From: Psilocybe cubensis
Lineage: Eukaryota
Direction: 5' to 3'
Assembly (NCBI GenBank): GCA_017499595.2
Contig: CM038998.1
Span: 1,178,001-1,242,000, forward strand
Length of the DNA: 64,000 bases
The notes below the pieces were generated by a model that did no database searches, had not been told where the DNA came from, and saw nothing but the letters and a program-made list of their open reading frames with translations. Shown one piece after another: positions 29,391 through 41,287 of the stretch. Made by a program: the position numbers and the translations under genes. Position 1 is the first letter of the stretch. Each line of letters opens with the position of its first letter.

Positions 29391-31645
29391 TCACCCACCC
29401 ACGGAACCATCAACAGGTTTCTTGGCACCCCGAGGGTTTTTCCTTTCCAATTCTTCCCGAAGAGAAGCAAATAAGCGCTGGGTGCGCTCCGCATTCGGTT
29501 TCTGGATGATCTGCAGAGACGGCCATTTGGCTCAGATGCATAACCGACCCTGAGGGGAAAGCAACAATTTCATACCTCTTTACAGCAGGTGATTAATTTG
29601 TCAATGAGCATCGTCTGTCCGTTCTGAGCGTCCTCCAGATCTTTCCTCAATTGTTGGTTCTGGTTGACGAGATGACATAATGAGAGAGGAGTGGGGGTGG
29701 GTTTGCAAAAAGGAGAGGAAAAAATTATCATCATTGCCTCAGAACGAAGGAATTATGACTGGTTGTGCAAATGATTGCATACCTCTTCCTCTTGTTTACT
29801 TGATCTAGCTTTCTCCCCCTCTGCTAACTGCTTTTGCTCGGCAGCTCGAGCCCGAGAGAGCAGAACTTCCAGCTCCTTCGAGCGAATGACACACTCGAAA
29901 TGGCGTTCCCGAAGCTCGTACTGACGTAGTACTTCTTTCAGACGCTCGCGGACGCTTTGAGGTATGATTAGTGAAAGATAATCAACGCGCAACTATATAT
30001 CCTTACACTCCATCGAAAATCTCTTCGATAGTCCGCCTCGCTCTATAAAGTTCAAGTCAGCCGAATTCTAAAGAGAAAGGAATGGTTTATTTTATTACTC
30101 CTGAGGGTTATCCGTCCAATTCTTCTTCAGTTTCTCGCGACGGGGTTCCACGTGTTCCTCCTAGAATGATTTGGTCTCTTGAAATTTAGAGGCGTAAAGT
30201 AAAGCTCACCCATTCCTCTGAACCACCCCCTCCCTCTGTCAAATCCATCATCTCCACAGCTACAATTTCATCCCCTTCATCAATCCCAATCTCCTCGGGA
30301 GTCTGTTCAGCTTCCAACATACGCCCATTATATGTGAAGATAAACTGCATGCCCGAGCTCGACCCCGTAGAGCCAGAATAATGAGTGCTTGCCGCGTCCG
30401 TCTTCGCCGACCCGTTCATTGACCCAAGGTCCTCCCCGCCTCCACTCCGTTCCATCCGTTCAGTCCACGAGTTGATCAGACGGGAAAGTTTGGTCTTGCG
30501 GGATATCTTGAAGAACAACTCGGCACGGTATCGGCAAACCACTTTCACAACGATGTCGGGCATTTCGCGGTACTTTACGTCCTGTTGCTTCGCTTTGTCT
30601 GCACGCTTGGCGAAGTCGCTTTTCATGCGGGCTAACTGGGATAACAAATGAATAGATAGCAGAGAGAAATGGGGATAGGAGGACGATGGTTTACCTCTTC
30701 TTGGGCTTCTTCTACGCTTTGTGCTAGGCGTTTCCCGTCCTCCTACAACGAAAATATTAAATCGTGGTCAATTGAGCTCGTTGAATGAGGCGCACTCGTA
30801 GACGTTTGTTGTCCTAAGATCAAAAACATGAGGCTTCATAAGAAATAGCTTGGATTTAAAGGTGTTAAGAGTTTATTGCCGCACTTTCTGGAGTTCACGA
30901 GCGAGGTTCTCCATTTTAGTTTTCGTCTGATTGGCTTTGGTTAACTGCCCTTTAGCTACAGTTGTCAAATGAATAGTCATTCAAAATTTGTTTAAAGAAG
31001 ATTTAAATGATAAAGACGCACCCGCATCCTTGTCCTTGACCAACTTCTGTTTCTCCTTAGAATGATCTCGTTCCATGCGCTTGAGCTCGGCGAACTGGAG
31101 TGACGAGAGTGAACATTCTGACCATCATGTATGGGTTCCGAGCATGACGTTACCAATTCGATGTATTTGCTATGAATGGCATTCTCTTCTAATCCTTTCA
31201 CTGATTTCTGTGCCTCCTCAGCTGGATAAATGAGCAAACGGGGTGGTCAACGCATGGTAGGACGCAGGCCTCATGGAAATTTGTACGCACCAAATCTCCT
31301 CTCCTCCTCTTCCTCCAGAACCTCCTCCTCCTCCAGCGCAGCTATTCGATTTTTCAGAGACTCGTACATAGTGGCAGGGTCGATAGGAACGTCGTTCCGC
31401 TTCTTCCCCTTGGAAGTCTGCGCGGGTGGAGGGTGGTGGCCATTGACATCTGACGAGCAGCAGCAACAGCGGTGAACAGAACTATTAAGCGTTTGAACAG
31501 AATGCACAGGCGCACTATTTGTCTGATTTGGCGGCGCGGGGGGTGCAGTGGCAGGTGCCGGAGGAGCTGGACCGGCTGGTGGTGGTTTGGGCTGTCTGGG
31601 AGGCGGCGCGGTGTGCTGGGGAGTGCTCGTGTCGTTGGTGTTCAT
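29391..31645 (-). CDS. Taxilin-family coiled-coil protein with an inserted SUMO/Rad60-like ubiquitin-fold domain, multi-exon
   Basis: KMENLARELQKDNKRLREDG and RERLKEVLRQYELRERHF...KELEV resemble taxilin blocks; between them IVVKVV..ELFFKISRKTKLSRLINSW...FIFTYNGRMLEAEQTPEEIGIDEGDEIVAV resembles SUMO. Last exon less certain. Confidence 0.75.
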
Positions 31646-32698
31646 TGGGAGCAAGACACCCTGACGACGAGAAGGGGAGTGAAATTGCGGGAGGAATAGT
31701 TATGAGGAAAACAAAAGTTTACAAACCAAGTGTGGGTGATGGCAATGTTCTTTGCTGGACAGAAAAGGGAATGCTTATGGGACCCTTGTTTGCACAAGTC
31801 CCGTCTCACTCTCTCATGCAAATCTCAACTTTGTTCTGCTACGATTGACATACATGGTCGCTCACGCTTAATTGGACTGCGTTTATGAGACCGAACAAGA
31901 AATTTGTATTTAATTACATGGAATGTACTGCGCGGAAGAAAATTGTCTTTTCGCTTTTTGGTCAAGTGCATGGCCACTGAACGTCACAAAATGGCATCGC
32001 CAGCGAGGCGGGAGACTCAAAAAGTCAAGAGAATAATCGGAAATCCTGCGCTAAGCTTGCGACTCACTATGAGCCGGACGCGTCCAAAATAGATCCACGA
32101 CAGGAAACGGGTCATTTGATATTAATGCGACAAACTTGGATACTCGCTCGCAATTTGAGAGGCCCAACGAAAGTCAGCAGGTAGGCTTGAGGTGGCTCTA
32201 GGATCTTGAGAATGACTTTCACGACAGTGAGAAGCCGAGAAATTTTGAGTGTCTAATCTCCACTACGCAGTAGCGACACGGAGCTTTTCGATTCAAATCT
32301 CTTCGAGAAAGTCGATATTGCTGGCGTCCCAAGAATAGATTACCGGAAAGACTGCTCTCCGAAAGTGTCCTGGGATAGTCGAGGAGAATGATGCAAGTCA
32401 TAACCATCTTTCTGATTGACGCACATAGATCCTAGGAAAGCGTAAAAGCATATCTGCTTTATCAGAGACAGGGAGAAAGGTGGCTGCAAGTTCCTCTGGG
32501 AGCACAAACAAGACGTTCACATAGGCGGTAACCACTTGGTGTCGTCCGACGATAAAAGAGGCATGTAGTGGGAGGAGTCAAGTACATTGCCAAGCCCTAA
32601 CCTAGAATAAGAAAATAACGTACACGTGATGGGTCGCGTTCACGAGCGTGGGACACTGAGCTCGATCGTTTGCTTTGACCCGTCCCCTAACCAGTGTA

Positions 32699-35600
32699 AT
32701 GTCCCGTTCATGTGAGTCTCCTGCTCACAATACACTTTTTCTTGTGCTCAATGACAAAGGAAGTGTCGGGATCACCTGAACGTAAAAGACAACGACTCTC
32801 TTCACCCACATACGATGATCAGGTCGAAGGCTTCACCCAGGAGGACTTGGCCGCATTTGATGAGATAGAGTTACGGTTATCACAGCCAACGAATAGTTCA
32901 CGTCCGCCTGTTGCGCATTTGAACTTTGACGAACATGAAAACTTTGAAACCCCCAGTGTGTCACGAATAAAGAGGAACCTTGACTGGCATAGTTCACAAC
33001 CAAATGAATCGACTTCGTTTCCAGGTTTCACCTCTGCAAATGCCATCGACTCCAACCTCCGAGATGACCCAGAAAATCCTTTCACCATAGGCTCTTCCAA
33101 AACCACGAAAGAACGGTCTATGTCTGCATTTACTCCACCTCTCTTGGGCTTTGCCTCTGCATCAAAGCTTTTAGAGGAATCCCGGCACTTCGAACGGTCA
33201 CCGTCACCTGAAGAACCACCTCCCGAACCAAATTACGATGGCTGGTTTAAACCAGCTCCTATAGGTGCACCTATGGGCTTCCAAACCGCAGCTTTTGCCT
33301 CTACCGCCTCGGCGATCCCAGCTTTCCGGAAAGCATCTACAATAGCGAATACCGTCGATGCTCCGAGCTCCCAGCCTCCTAGAGAAGATTCAGACATGGA
33401 TTCGTGGTTCAAGTCGGCACCAGCCAATATGCCTTTGCCTGGATTTACATCCGCATCTGGACTACCTGGCTTTAAGAAACCGTCTATCAATACCAAGGGT
33501 GGCGGTGTTATCCTCCCTTCAAAGGAGGCCTTGGCTAAAGCAAAAGCTTTACTCGAATCTTGGGACAATGAGGAGAACATGGAAATAAACATGCCCGTAA
33601 ATAATGAAAATGACCATGCTATTGAAAAGCCGCATATATTCCCTGGCCTTAAACCCGCTTCTGTCGACGAGTCTCTTCAGTCTCCTCAAAGAAAAGCCTT
33701 TTCCTCAGTGATAAATACTCCGAAGCCACCAGTAACACCTGGCTCTGGTTTTACACGGGCCTCGCTTTCAGCTGTACAACCAAAGAATACTTCATCACCG
33801 AGTCTGCAACATCGCCCAGGTGCATTTAAGCCGCCATCGTTCAACGCACCAAGGCCCAGCCCAATTGTTAATTCACCTCTAAATCCAAATCGCATGGCAC
33901 CATCACTAGGATTTACATCAGCTGCTGCTCAGCATGGCCACCCGTTGTCATTACCCCCCATTGTCGCTTCACGCGCTGTTAATGGAACACCATCTTCATT
34001 TACTACCCCATTACGAGACAAGGCACCTCCGAGAATCCGTACAACCCCTGCCCCTTTCAAGACTCCGTTCAAACCTGGTATGGGCCCAGGCAGACCTGCT
34101 CGTCCTGCTCCCGTTCAAACACCTAAACCCAGCACGCCTCAGCAGCGACATCTGGTTGGCAATATAGCGCCGGCGGCGAAAGAGCCTGTGAACCGCACCA
34201 TCAATGAACGACTTTCATCTAACCTTCCCAGAAAGACATTTTTTAACTTGAGTAAGTGTTGTGATTGAGTGATGGATATGTGGTATCTGATGGTTCCTAA
34301 AAAGCCGCTGGTTCAAATAGAAACAGTTTAGCAAATTCAGGGCTGTATCCACAAAGATACAATATCCAGGACCTGGAATACTTCGGAGTGTATGATTTTT
34401 TTTCACATTATCAAATCGCAACGTCTAACAATTCTACAGCAATCACACCACTCTTGCCCAAATCACGCCTGACACTGCGATATATTACACCTTCCACACC
34501 ACTGAGGCAACACCTCCGCCAAACACACCCTCCACGCCCAAAACTCTCCTCGACCCTGCGGCCGCGCTAAAGGAGCTACTGGATCGTGGATGTACGCTCG
34601 CGACGAAGCCATGGGTGGATAATCATTGGTGCTTGATTCTGTGGAAGCTCGCGGGTATGGTGATGCTTGACCCGGAGAAAGAGGCGCATCCAGATACGAC
34701 GAGATGGCGCTGGGCGGAGGTGATCAGGCAGCTGTTGTATCGGTACGTTTTTCCTGTCTTATTTGTATTATGTGCGTGCCATGTTGATTGTCGTATATGC
34801 GACATAGGTACGAACGTGAGCTAAATGGCGGGACTAGACCACCACTTCGAAAGATTGCGAACCAGGACGCTCCCCCTGCATTTCCGTTGGTGTTATGTGT
34901 TTCCAACATCTTTTGGTCACCGCCTGGTATGACGGAGGACGGGCTGCCTATCGAGCCACACCCGGAGCTGGAGGTGACGGACGGATGGTACAGACTACGA
35001 GCGCAAGTCGATGCACCGATGGCGCGCGCTGTAAGGAAAGGTGTGCTCTGTGTGGGGAGGAAGATTGGTGTTGCTGGAGCAAAAGTGCGTTTTGATCATC
35101 ATTTGCTTAATGATGGTTCGGTGAAGTTGATTATGTTCGCTATGTTTGCTTTGACCATATAGCTGGAGACAGAGAGGAAAGAGCCTATGGAAATTCTCGA
35201 CGCGTATAACTCGACGAAGCTTGTTTTTGCGGGCAACTCGTCACATCTAATGCCGTGGCATGCGAAGCTGGGGTTCATGCGCGGCCCGTGCATCTCGACG
35301 CTGCATAGTCTGACGCCGGACGGGGGTATAGTGACGGCGTTAGATTTCGTGATTACCCAGGTATGCATTTTGTCACCGTTGTTGTATAGCTTGTGGCAAT
35401 TTTTTTTTTACTTTTGTTCTGTGGTGTAGGTCCATGCTATTGCGTTTATTGAGATGTTTGAGGGCGAGGATGGGAAAAAGTATCAAGAGGGTCCATGGAA
35501 GGAGGCTGAGGAAAGCAGACTCAATGAGCAATGGAAAGTACGTCGTGGGTCACTATTTAATACAAGAGCACATAAACTCAATATACTGAAATGTAGAAAA

Positions 35601-36406
35601 AATACGAAATGGAGGCTGCGAAGCTGAGAGCGGTGTACGAGAAGAAGACAGTACGGTATCAAGGGTACATTGACCGTCTGGAGAGGAAGGCAGGGGGTGG
35701 CTTCAATCCAGGTGAAGATGGTGTGTAGTAGCCTATAATCAACATTCTCTGGTATCATTCAAGCTGAAAAATGGAGCAATAGACTATGCGCCGGACAACA
35801 TTGACTCGCTCTACGATGAACTTGAGTACCCAGACTCTGCTGTCGCCGTTATTGCACGTATTTCTTCCCGGGAGGCTGGCTGGCTGGCGCGATATATTCG
35901 CAAGCAGATAGAAGAGGGTCACGAACGGATAGCGGAGGAGATTGAAAAGGAGCTCATGGTCCGTTCATTTTGTTCTCCTCAATCTTGAAAAGTAATGTTC
36001 ACTCGTTATATCGATCGACCTACAGACGATATGCCCCCCTCGAGACGTTCGCTCATTCCGCGTGTTAATTGTACAAGACGCACGTACAATACGGCGACCA
36101 GCGAATAGGAAGGCAATGTTGACAGTGTGGAATATCCTTGGGATCACATTAGAAGAAGGGAGTCAGGCCGGTGACTTTCAGGTTGGACAGCGGTTCCTTG
36201 TAAGTTTTTTTTCTTTTTGGCTTTGTTGTCTATCTGTCAAGCAAGAACATGCAACTAACTACATGTAAATTTAACAGGCTACTAACTTGGTACCGACAAG
36301 CGCGAGCGCGTGGATGGACTGTGAGCCTGGCTCAGAGGTCTATCTGTGTACGACGCGCAATACACGGTGGACGAAGATCAAGGGTACAGGCGCTGTTCCG
36401 AGTTGA
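32699..36406 (+). CDS. BRH2: BRCA2/Brh2 homologous recombination mediator, multi-exon
   Basis: Helical domain WVDNHWCLILWKLAGM, LLYRYERELNGGTRPPLRKI, OB1 LEVTDGWYRL, GNSSHLMPWHAKLGF; BRC-like GFTSASG...SKEALAKAKALL. Start 32699 needs a short first intron; alternative ATG at 32751. Confidence 0.92.
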
Positions 36407-37076
36407 ATTATGGATTTATCACAAGCATGGGCTGAGCGCCTCGTAGTTGGCATCGTATTTATCATTCGGCTGCTTCCAATTCACAATGTACCATACTAGC
36501 ACATATCAACCGACAATGCAATAGCATCTATCGTGTACCTACAGTTTGTGTATTGGACCGCGTAATGCATTCACAATAACTAGTTACTGTAGGACCGCTG
36601 AAGCCAAATCTCGATCAAACAACGGCACACCGTTCATCATCCGGCTTGTTCTTGGATTTCAACATCTGGGCGTCGGCCTCAAACATTTCAACCACGAAAA
36701 CGTATTGCATGAAGCCTCTCAGTATTTTAGCTGATACCCAGCTCATATTTTCGACTTCCACGCCACTCCAGAATACAATTCTTCACGTCGTCATTCTATA
36801 TCGTCCAACACTGCACACTGCAAGCGATTCAAGATGGTTTCATAACTTCTTGAGTCACTTCTTGCCTCTCAAATCATTCACACATTCAGTGAGAACGAAT
36901 GATGTACTCGACGTGCATATTCCATCCGGACTCGGCCTGCTTTCCTCCATTGTTCAATAGAATCCACGGCCGTTCCGGGGTAGGCCTTGCCCACATGGCA
37001 AGCTACCAGGCCTTTCAACGACATATTTCTTGGGACATAATCCGCACAAAGCAATTTGAGGTTGCAACTCATCGCT

Positions 37077-38533
37077 ATGCACCGTTCGACACCTTCCAAT
37101 GACACGCTACTCAACTCGCCTCCCTGGCGTCGTGCTGACTATTGTATGCGTCGGTACATGGTCGAACAAGACAGAAATGTTCTAGAAGAAACTATTTCTC
37201 TATTCCGAGAAAGCTTGAACTACGAGCTTCCTGAAGCCCTTGAAGCCAATTGTCTATATATGTTGGCAAATACAATACTGATGAGACCTGAGGTGAGATA
37301 GGTAATCTAAAGCGAAAGAGTTCACTCTTTGGGCTCTGAGCTTGTGATTTGCACCTCGTGCTAATCACCCATATTTTTCTTCTATTTCTGTAGGTACAGC
37401 CAGCGCCGGTGATCGACGAATGCATCTTTCTTCTCAGGAAAGGCATGGATCTTCGACCCGTTGGTTTCCCTACATTGTTTCTAGAACTCAGCAAACTCGC
37501 AAACACATTGAAGATACGATATGATCAAAGAGGCGACATGAGAGACCTGGAAGAAGCCATGTACCTCCTCCGACAGGCTCTAGAGTTCGTCCCTGTCCCA
37601 CATCCTGATCGACCTCAATATCTCTTCTATCTGGCGGAAGCACTATATTCACATATACAGCCTAAAAGATATGAAGACTTTAAAGAAGAGGATGATGTCA
37701 TTGCCGATGAAATGGCGGCACTCTGCAGGGAAGCTCTCGAGTTACCTCCTCCTCCAAAGTTCCCGTTAAATAGGCTTCGCTTGTTCGACATTCTGAGAGC
37801 AGGGTTGCACGCTCGAATATTGCGATCGGGTGGATTGGCAAGCAGTGAGTTGGATGAACTCATTTCTATCTATAGGGAACGTGTAAAATTTGGACCGCCG
37901 TCAAGTTTCATGAAACTACACATTGAGCTCGCGGTTTTCTTATTCTTGCGATACGATAAAAGAGGTGAACTACGTGACAACGATGAATGCCTCCCCATCT
38001 GCCGTCGCGCTCTTGGAATACTGGATGAAGCTAATCCCATGCTGCACCCCATTTTGCATCACCTAATCAGTCTTTTTGCTCGTTCACTTCTTGTTCAATT
38101 TAAGAAGGAGGGCGATCCCAATGACCTTGAAGAAGGTATCTCTTTCTCAAGGAAAATGATTCAGATTGGACTCCCCCCTCATGTTGATCAAACTGAGTTT
38201 CTTACCGGACTTGCCGCCTTGTTATTTGCTCGTTACAAGCTAACGTGCAACACAAGTGACTTTGAAGAAAGTTTGTCTCTTTACAAACGAGCACTGGATC
38301 CAGATCTCAATTCATCATTCATCTCAGCGATCATGCTCAACAATTATGCGGACGTTTTGCTCGCTCGATTCGCAAAACATGGCCATAGAAAAGACCTAGA
38401 TCAAAGCATTTCCCTCTACAAGCGAGCTTCAAACAAAAGCCATCCCTCTGAACCCAGTCATTCAGTATCTCTTCGCAAGCTCAACGATGCATTGGGACTT
38501 CGATCTGTACTCGATCTTGATTTGGCAACTTAA
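37077..38533 (+). CDS. TPR-like helical repeat protein (repeats of the kind found in fungal CHAT/NLR-associated proteins), one intron
   Basis: Recurring unit DLEEA/DLDQS-I-x-L-x-R-x-AL...HPDR...LA; intron ~37292-37392 joins two ORF-track frames; start codon inferred. Confidence 0.7.
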
Positions 38534-38842
38534 TGACGATTCCACGAAACGATTCCCCTATGGACCTAAAATATTATCCAACACATCAGATATACCTATC
38601 GTCGATTCAATGGCGCCCACATTTTATTCATAATTCTTCGTGAAGTGTCCGTGCCGTTTCACATTCGATTTTTCTTTGCTTCTATAATCATCTTCGACTT
38701 TTTGATTCACTGCGCTACTGTGCTGGCTAGCTATGACCTTGCTTATCATATTGTTCGTGATTTCTGCAAGTGGTTGCCTTCTAAAATCTCTGATAGACTA
38801 CGCATCTATGAACTAACTCTAAATACAGCAGTTTAAGTACGT

Positions 38843-38860
38843 AGTCAAGTTAACTTGACT
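38843..38860. repeat. Perfect 18-bp palindrome AGTCAAGTTAACTTGACT
   Basis: Self-complementary by direct reading; an extra ACTTGACT half-site follows at 38862-38869. Confidence 0.85.
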
Positions 38861-39017
38861 CACTTGACTAGAACGAAGGCAAGTGTTCGTGTGTCCTGGG
38901 TACTTAAGATCACGTTCTTTTTGTTTGCGTCCATCTCCAATTTGGTCACCACTTCATCACAACCATAAACCTGCCCAGTTCCTCCTTTGAGTCCTCAGAG
39001 CGACAACACATCACGAG

Positions 39018-39323
39018 GCGCAGATGCGGACCGATATTGGAGGTTTGTAAGTGGCAATCCGAGTGTACATCATGGCCTCGGAGGAAGTACTACCGGTTAT
39101 TACTGACAACTTGGATCTGTTCCTTCTCAGGCCGTGTCTTCCATGAGCTGATTACTTAGAACACCACAAAGCGCAGATGCGGACCGATATTGGAGGTTTG
39201 TAAGTGGCAATCCGAGTGTACATCATGGCCTCGGAGGAAGTACTACCGGTTATTACTGACAACTTGAATCTGTTCCTTCTCAGGCCGTGTCTTCCATGAG
39301 CTGATTACTTAGAACACCACAAA
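39018..39323 (+). repeat. Tandem duplication, 2 x 153 bp, one mismatch
   Basis: 39018-39170 and 39171-39323 are identical except TTGGATC versus TTGAATC. Confidence 0.97.
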
Positions 39324-39330
39324 GGCTTCT

Positions 39331-40626
39331 ATGGAGCAATTACCCCAATTCCATGAACCCGAGCAATGGAAGTCAGCCAACGCCTTGTTTGTTAAATATC
39401 GACAAGGGGGTGATTTGACCAGTCGAGAGCGTGCTGTCTCCCTCTTCAGGAAACTTCTACAGTCCTTTCCTAAAGACCATCCCGAGCTATTCCCAACCAT
39501 CTGCAACTTGGGGAACGCCTTTCTTGCTGAATTCACCCTTGGAATCAGCAACATAAACGACATAGATGAATGCATCTTGCTTTACAGGACAGCTTTGGCA
39601 TGCCTGCCTCAGCCGGCGTCTTTCGAACGACCGAACAGGCTCCGGATCCTTGCGGATGCTTTGGTCACCCGATATCAGGAAGGAAAGGATCGTGTCGACT
39701 TGGATGAAAGTATAGCTCTGTACAAGGAAGCCATTGAGCTGCAATCTCTATCTCATCCTGATCGTCCCAATGCACTTCTTGCGCTCGGCTACGCCTTGAT
39801 GGCGCGATATCATCATAGAAAGCATTTGAAAGACTTGGAGGATAGTGCTGCTATCTACAAACTGTTTCCTCCCTCTGGACACCCGCTGGAGTTCCCGCCT
39901 GAATTTAGTGGGGACCGGTCAACGATATTCGACGAACTCGCGTACGGTCGTGCCATTCGACTCGTGAGAGGAGGGAATAAGAGGGATCTAGACGAGATTT
40001 TGTCAATCATGGAACGATTTGAAGAACCTCCGGCTGCACATCGTGACGTCAGTCGGTTCTGGTTGGAAAGCAGCATTGCGGCTATGATACATTCTGAAGT
40101 TAACCAGACCCCGGCCAATAAACGTTTGGAAAGACTCGAGGAGAGTGTCGCATGGTACAAACGAGCTCTGAAGAATCCAGTGTTGCCTCATGAGACCGAG
40201 CGTCGATGGAACGTACTGTTCGGTCTCGGCACTGCGCTCCGGATTCAATATTTCTGTCTCGGGCGTAAAGCGCAGCATTTAGACGAGGCCATTACAGTCA
40301 TTAAACAAGCCTTGCAACTTGAACCTCTGGTCACTGAACTTCGAAGTGTAACATTTATTACTCTTTGCGACTACCTCGCCATCCGATTTCAAGCCACACG
40401 TAGTATCGGAGATTTAGACGAGTCGATTTCTGCGTGCAAGGATTGGCTACGGCTCGGGCCTCCGACTGAATCTCATGCTTCTCGTGGTTTCCTCAGACTC
40501 TCACTTCTTTTGCAGTGGCGTCAAATGCTTACGCTTTGGCCGGGTCACAACAATGGGGACGAAGAGCGCTATCTGGAACATCTTGCACAGAAAATGACAA
40601 AGCTTAATATAGATATGGAACTTTGA
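39331..40626 (+). CDS. TPR-like helical repeat protein, diverged paralogue of the upstream gene, intronless CDS
   Basis: 431-aa ORF with DIDECILLYRTAL, DLDESIALYKEAIEL..HPDR, HLDEAITVIKQALQL, DLDESISACK units. Confidence 0.8.
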   Translation: MEQLPQFHEPEQWKSANALFVKYRQGGDLTSRERAVSLFRKLLQSFPKDHPELFPTICNLGNAFLAEFTLGISNINDIDECILLYRTALACLPQPASFERPNRLRILADALVTRYQEGKDRVDLDESIALYKEAIELQSLSHPDRPNALLALGYALMARYHHRKHLKDLEDSAAIYKLFPPSGHPLEFPPEFSGDRSTIFDELAYGRAIRLVRGGNKRDLDEILSIMERFEEPPAAHRDVSRFWLESSIAAMIHSEVNQTPANKRLERLEESVAWYKRALKNPVLPHETERRWNVLFGLGTALRIQYFCLGRKAQHLDEAITVIKQALQLEPLVTELRSVTFITLCDYLAIRFQATRSIGDLDESISACKDWLRLGPPTESHASRGFLRLSLLLQWRQMLTLWPGHNNGDEERYLEHLAQKMTKLNIDMEL

Positions 40627-41287
40627 TATGTTGGCCATGAACAGGACTATCTTTTATCGATTTTCCAAACATCTTACATCCATGCCAGTGGTGTATTATT
40701 GACATGCACATTGCTGTCCATTAATACCTGCACAATTTAGTGACTTTTCCAGTACTTTCAAAACTGCGATTTGTTCCCCATGTGTCTGTACTTCTTATTT
40801 GTACACTTGTACCACTTCCACACCATGTACGGCCCACATGAAAATGAGAGATCGAAATAAATTCGCTCAAGTAGGTTTCCATCCGTGAATAATCTTCAAT
40901 ATTTATATGAAAAACCTGCGCCTTGAAAGTGCTTTAAACACCTTAAAGTAATTCTCAGACTCATTCTGCATTGATGTTAATTCCCTCCAAGCTTTCGCAA
41001 AGTAGCAATTTCAGATGATCGTCCTTGCCTAAATAGGAGATTATTACCTGTTTTGGAGTATCTCCGAAATATCAAATCGCCAGTATTTTTTTGTGAGACG
41101 TTCAGTGCAATTAGGGTTTGAAAAGTTAGCAATGAGTGGTGTTACAGGCAGCCGCAGTGTCGCAAAACTGCCTCATATAATTAATGCTATGTAAATCGAC
41201 AACCGGGGTAACACACAAAACATGCAACAGTCGCAGCCCAGCAAATCAAGTCAGGAATCTACGTGATCACATCAGCGCACAGCAAAT

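Noticed and set aside
39018-39323. Possible CRISPR or LTR
   Set aside because: Two directly abutting copies with no spacers, no internal retroelement ORF, and a eukaryotic context.
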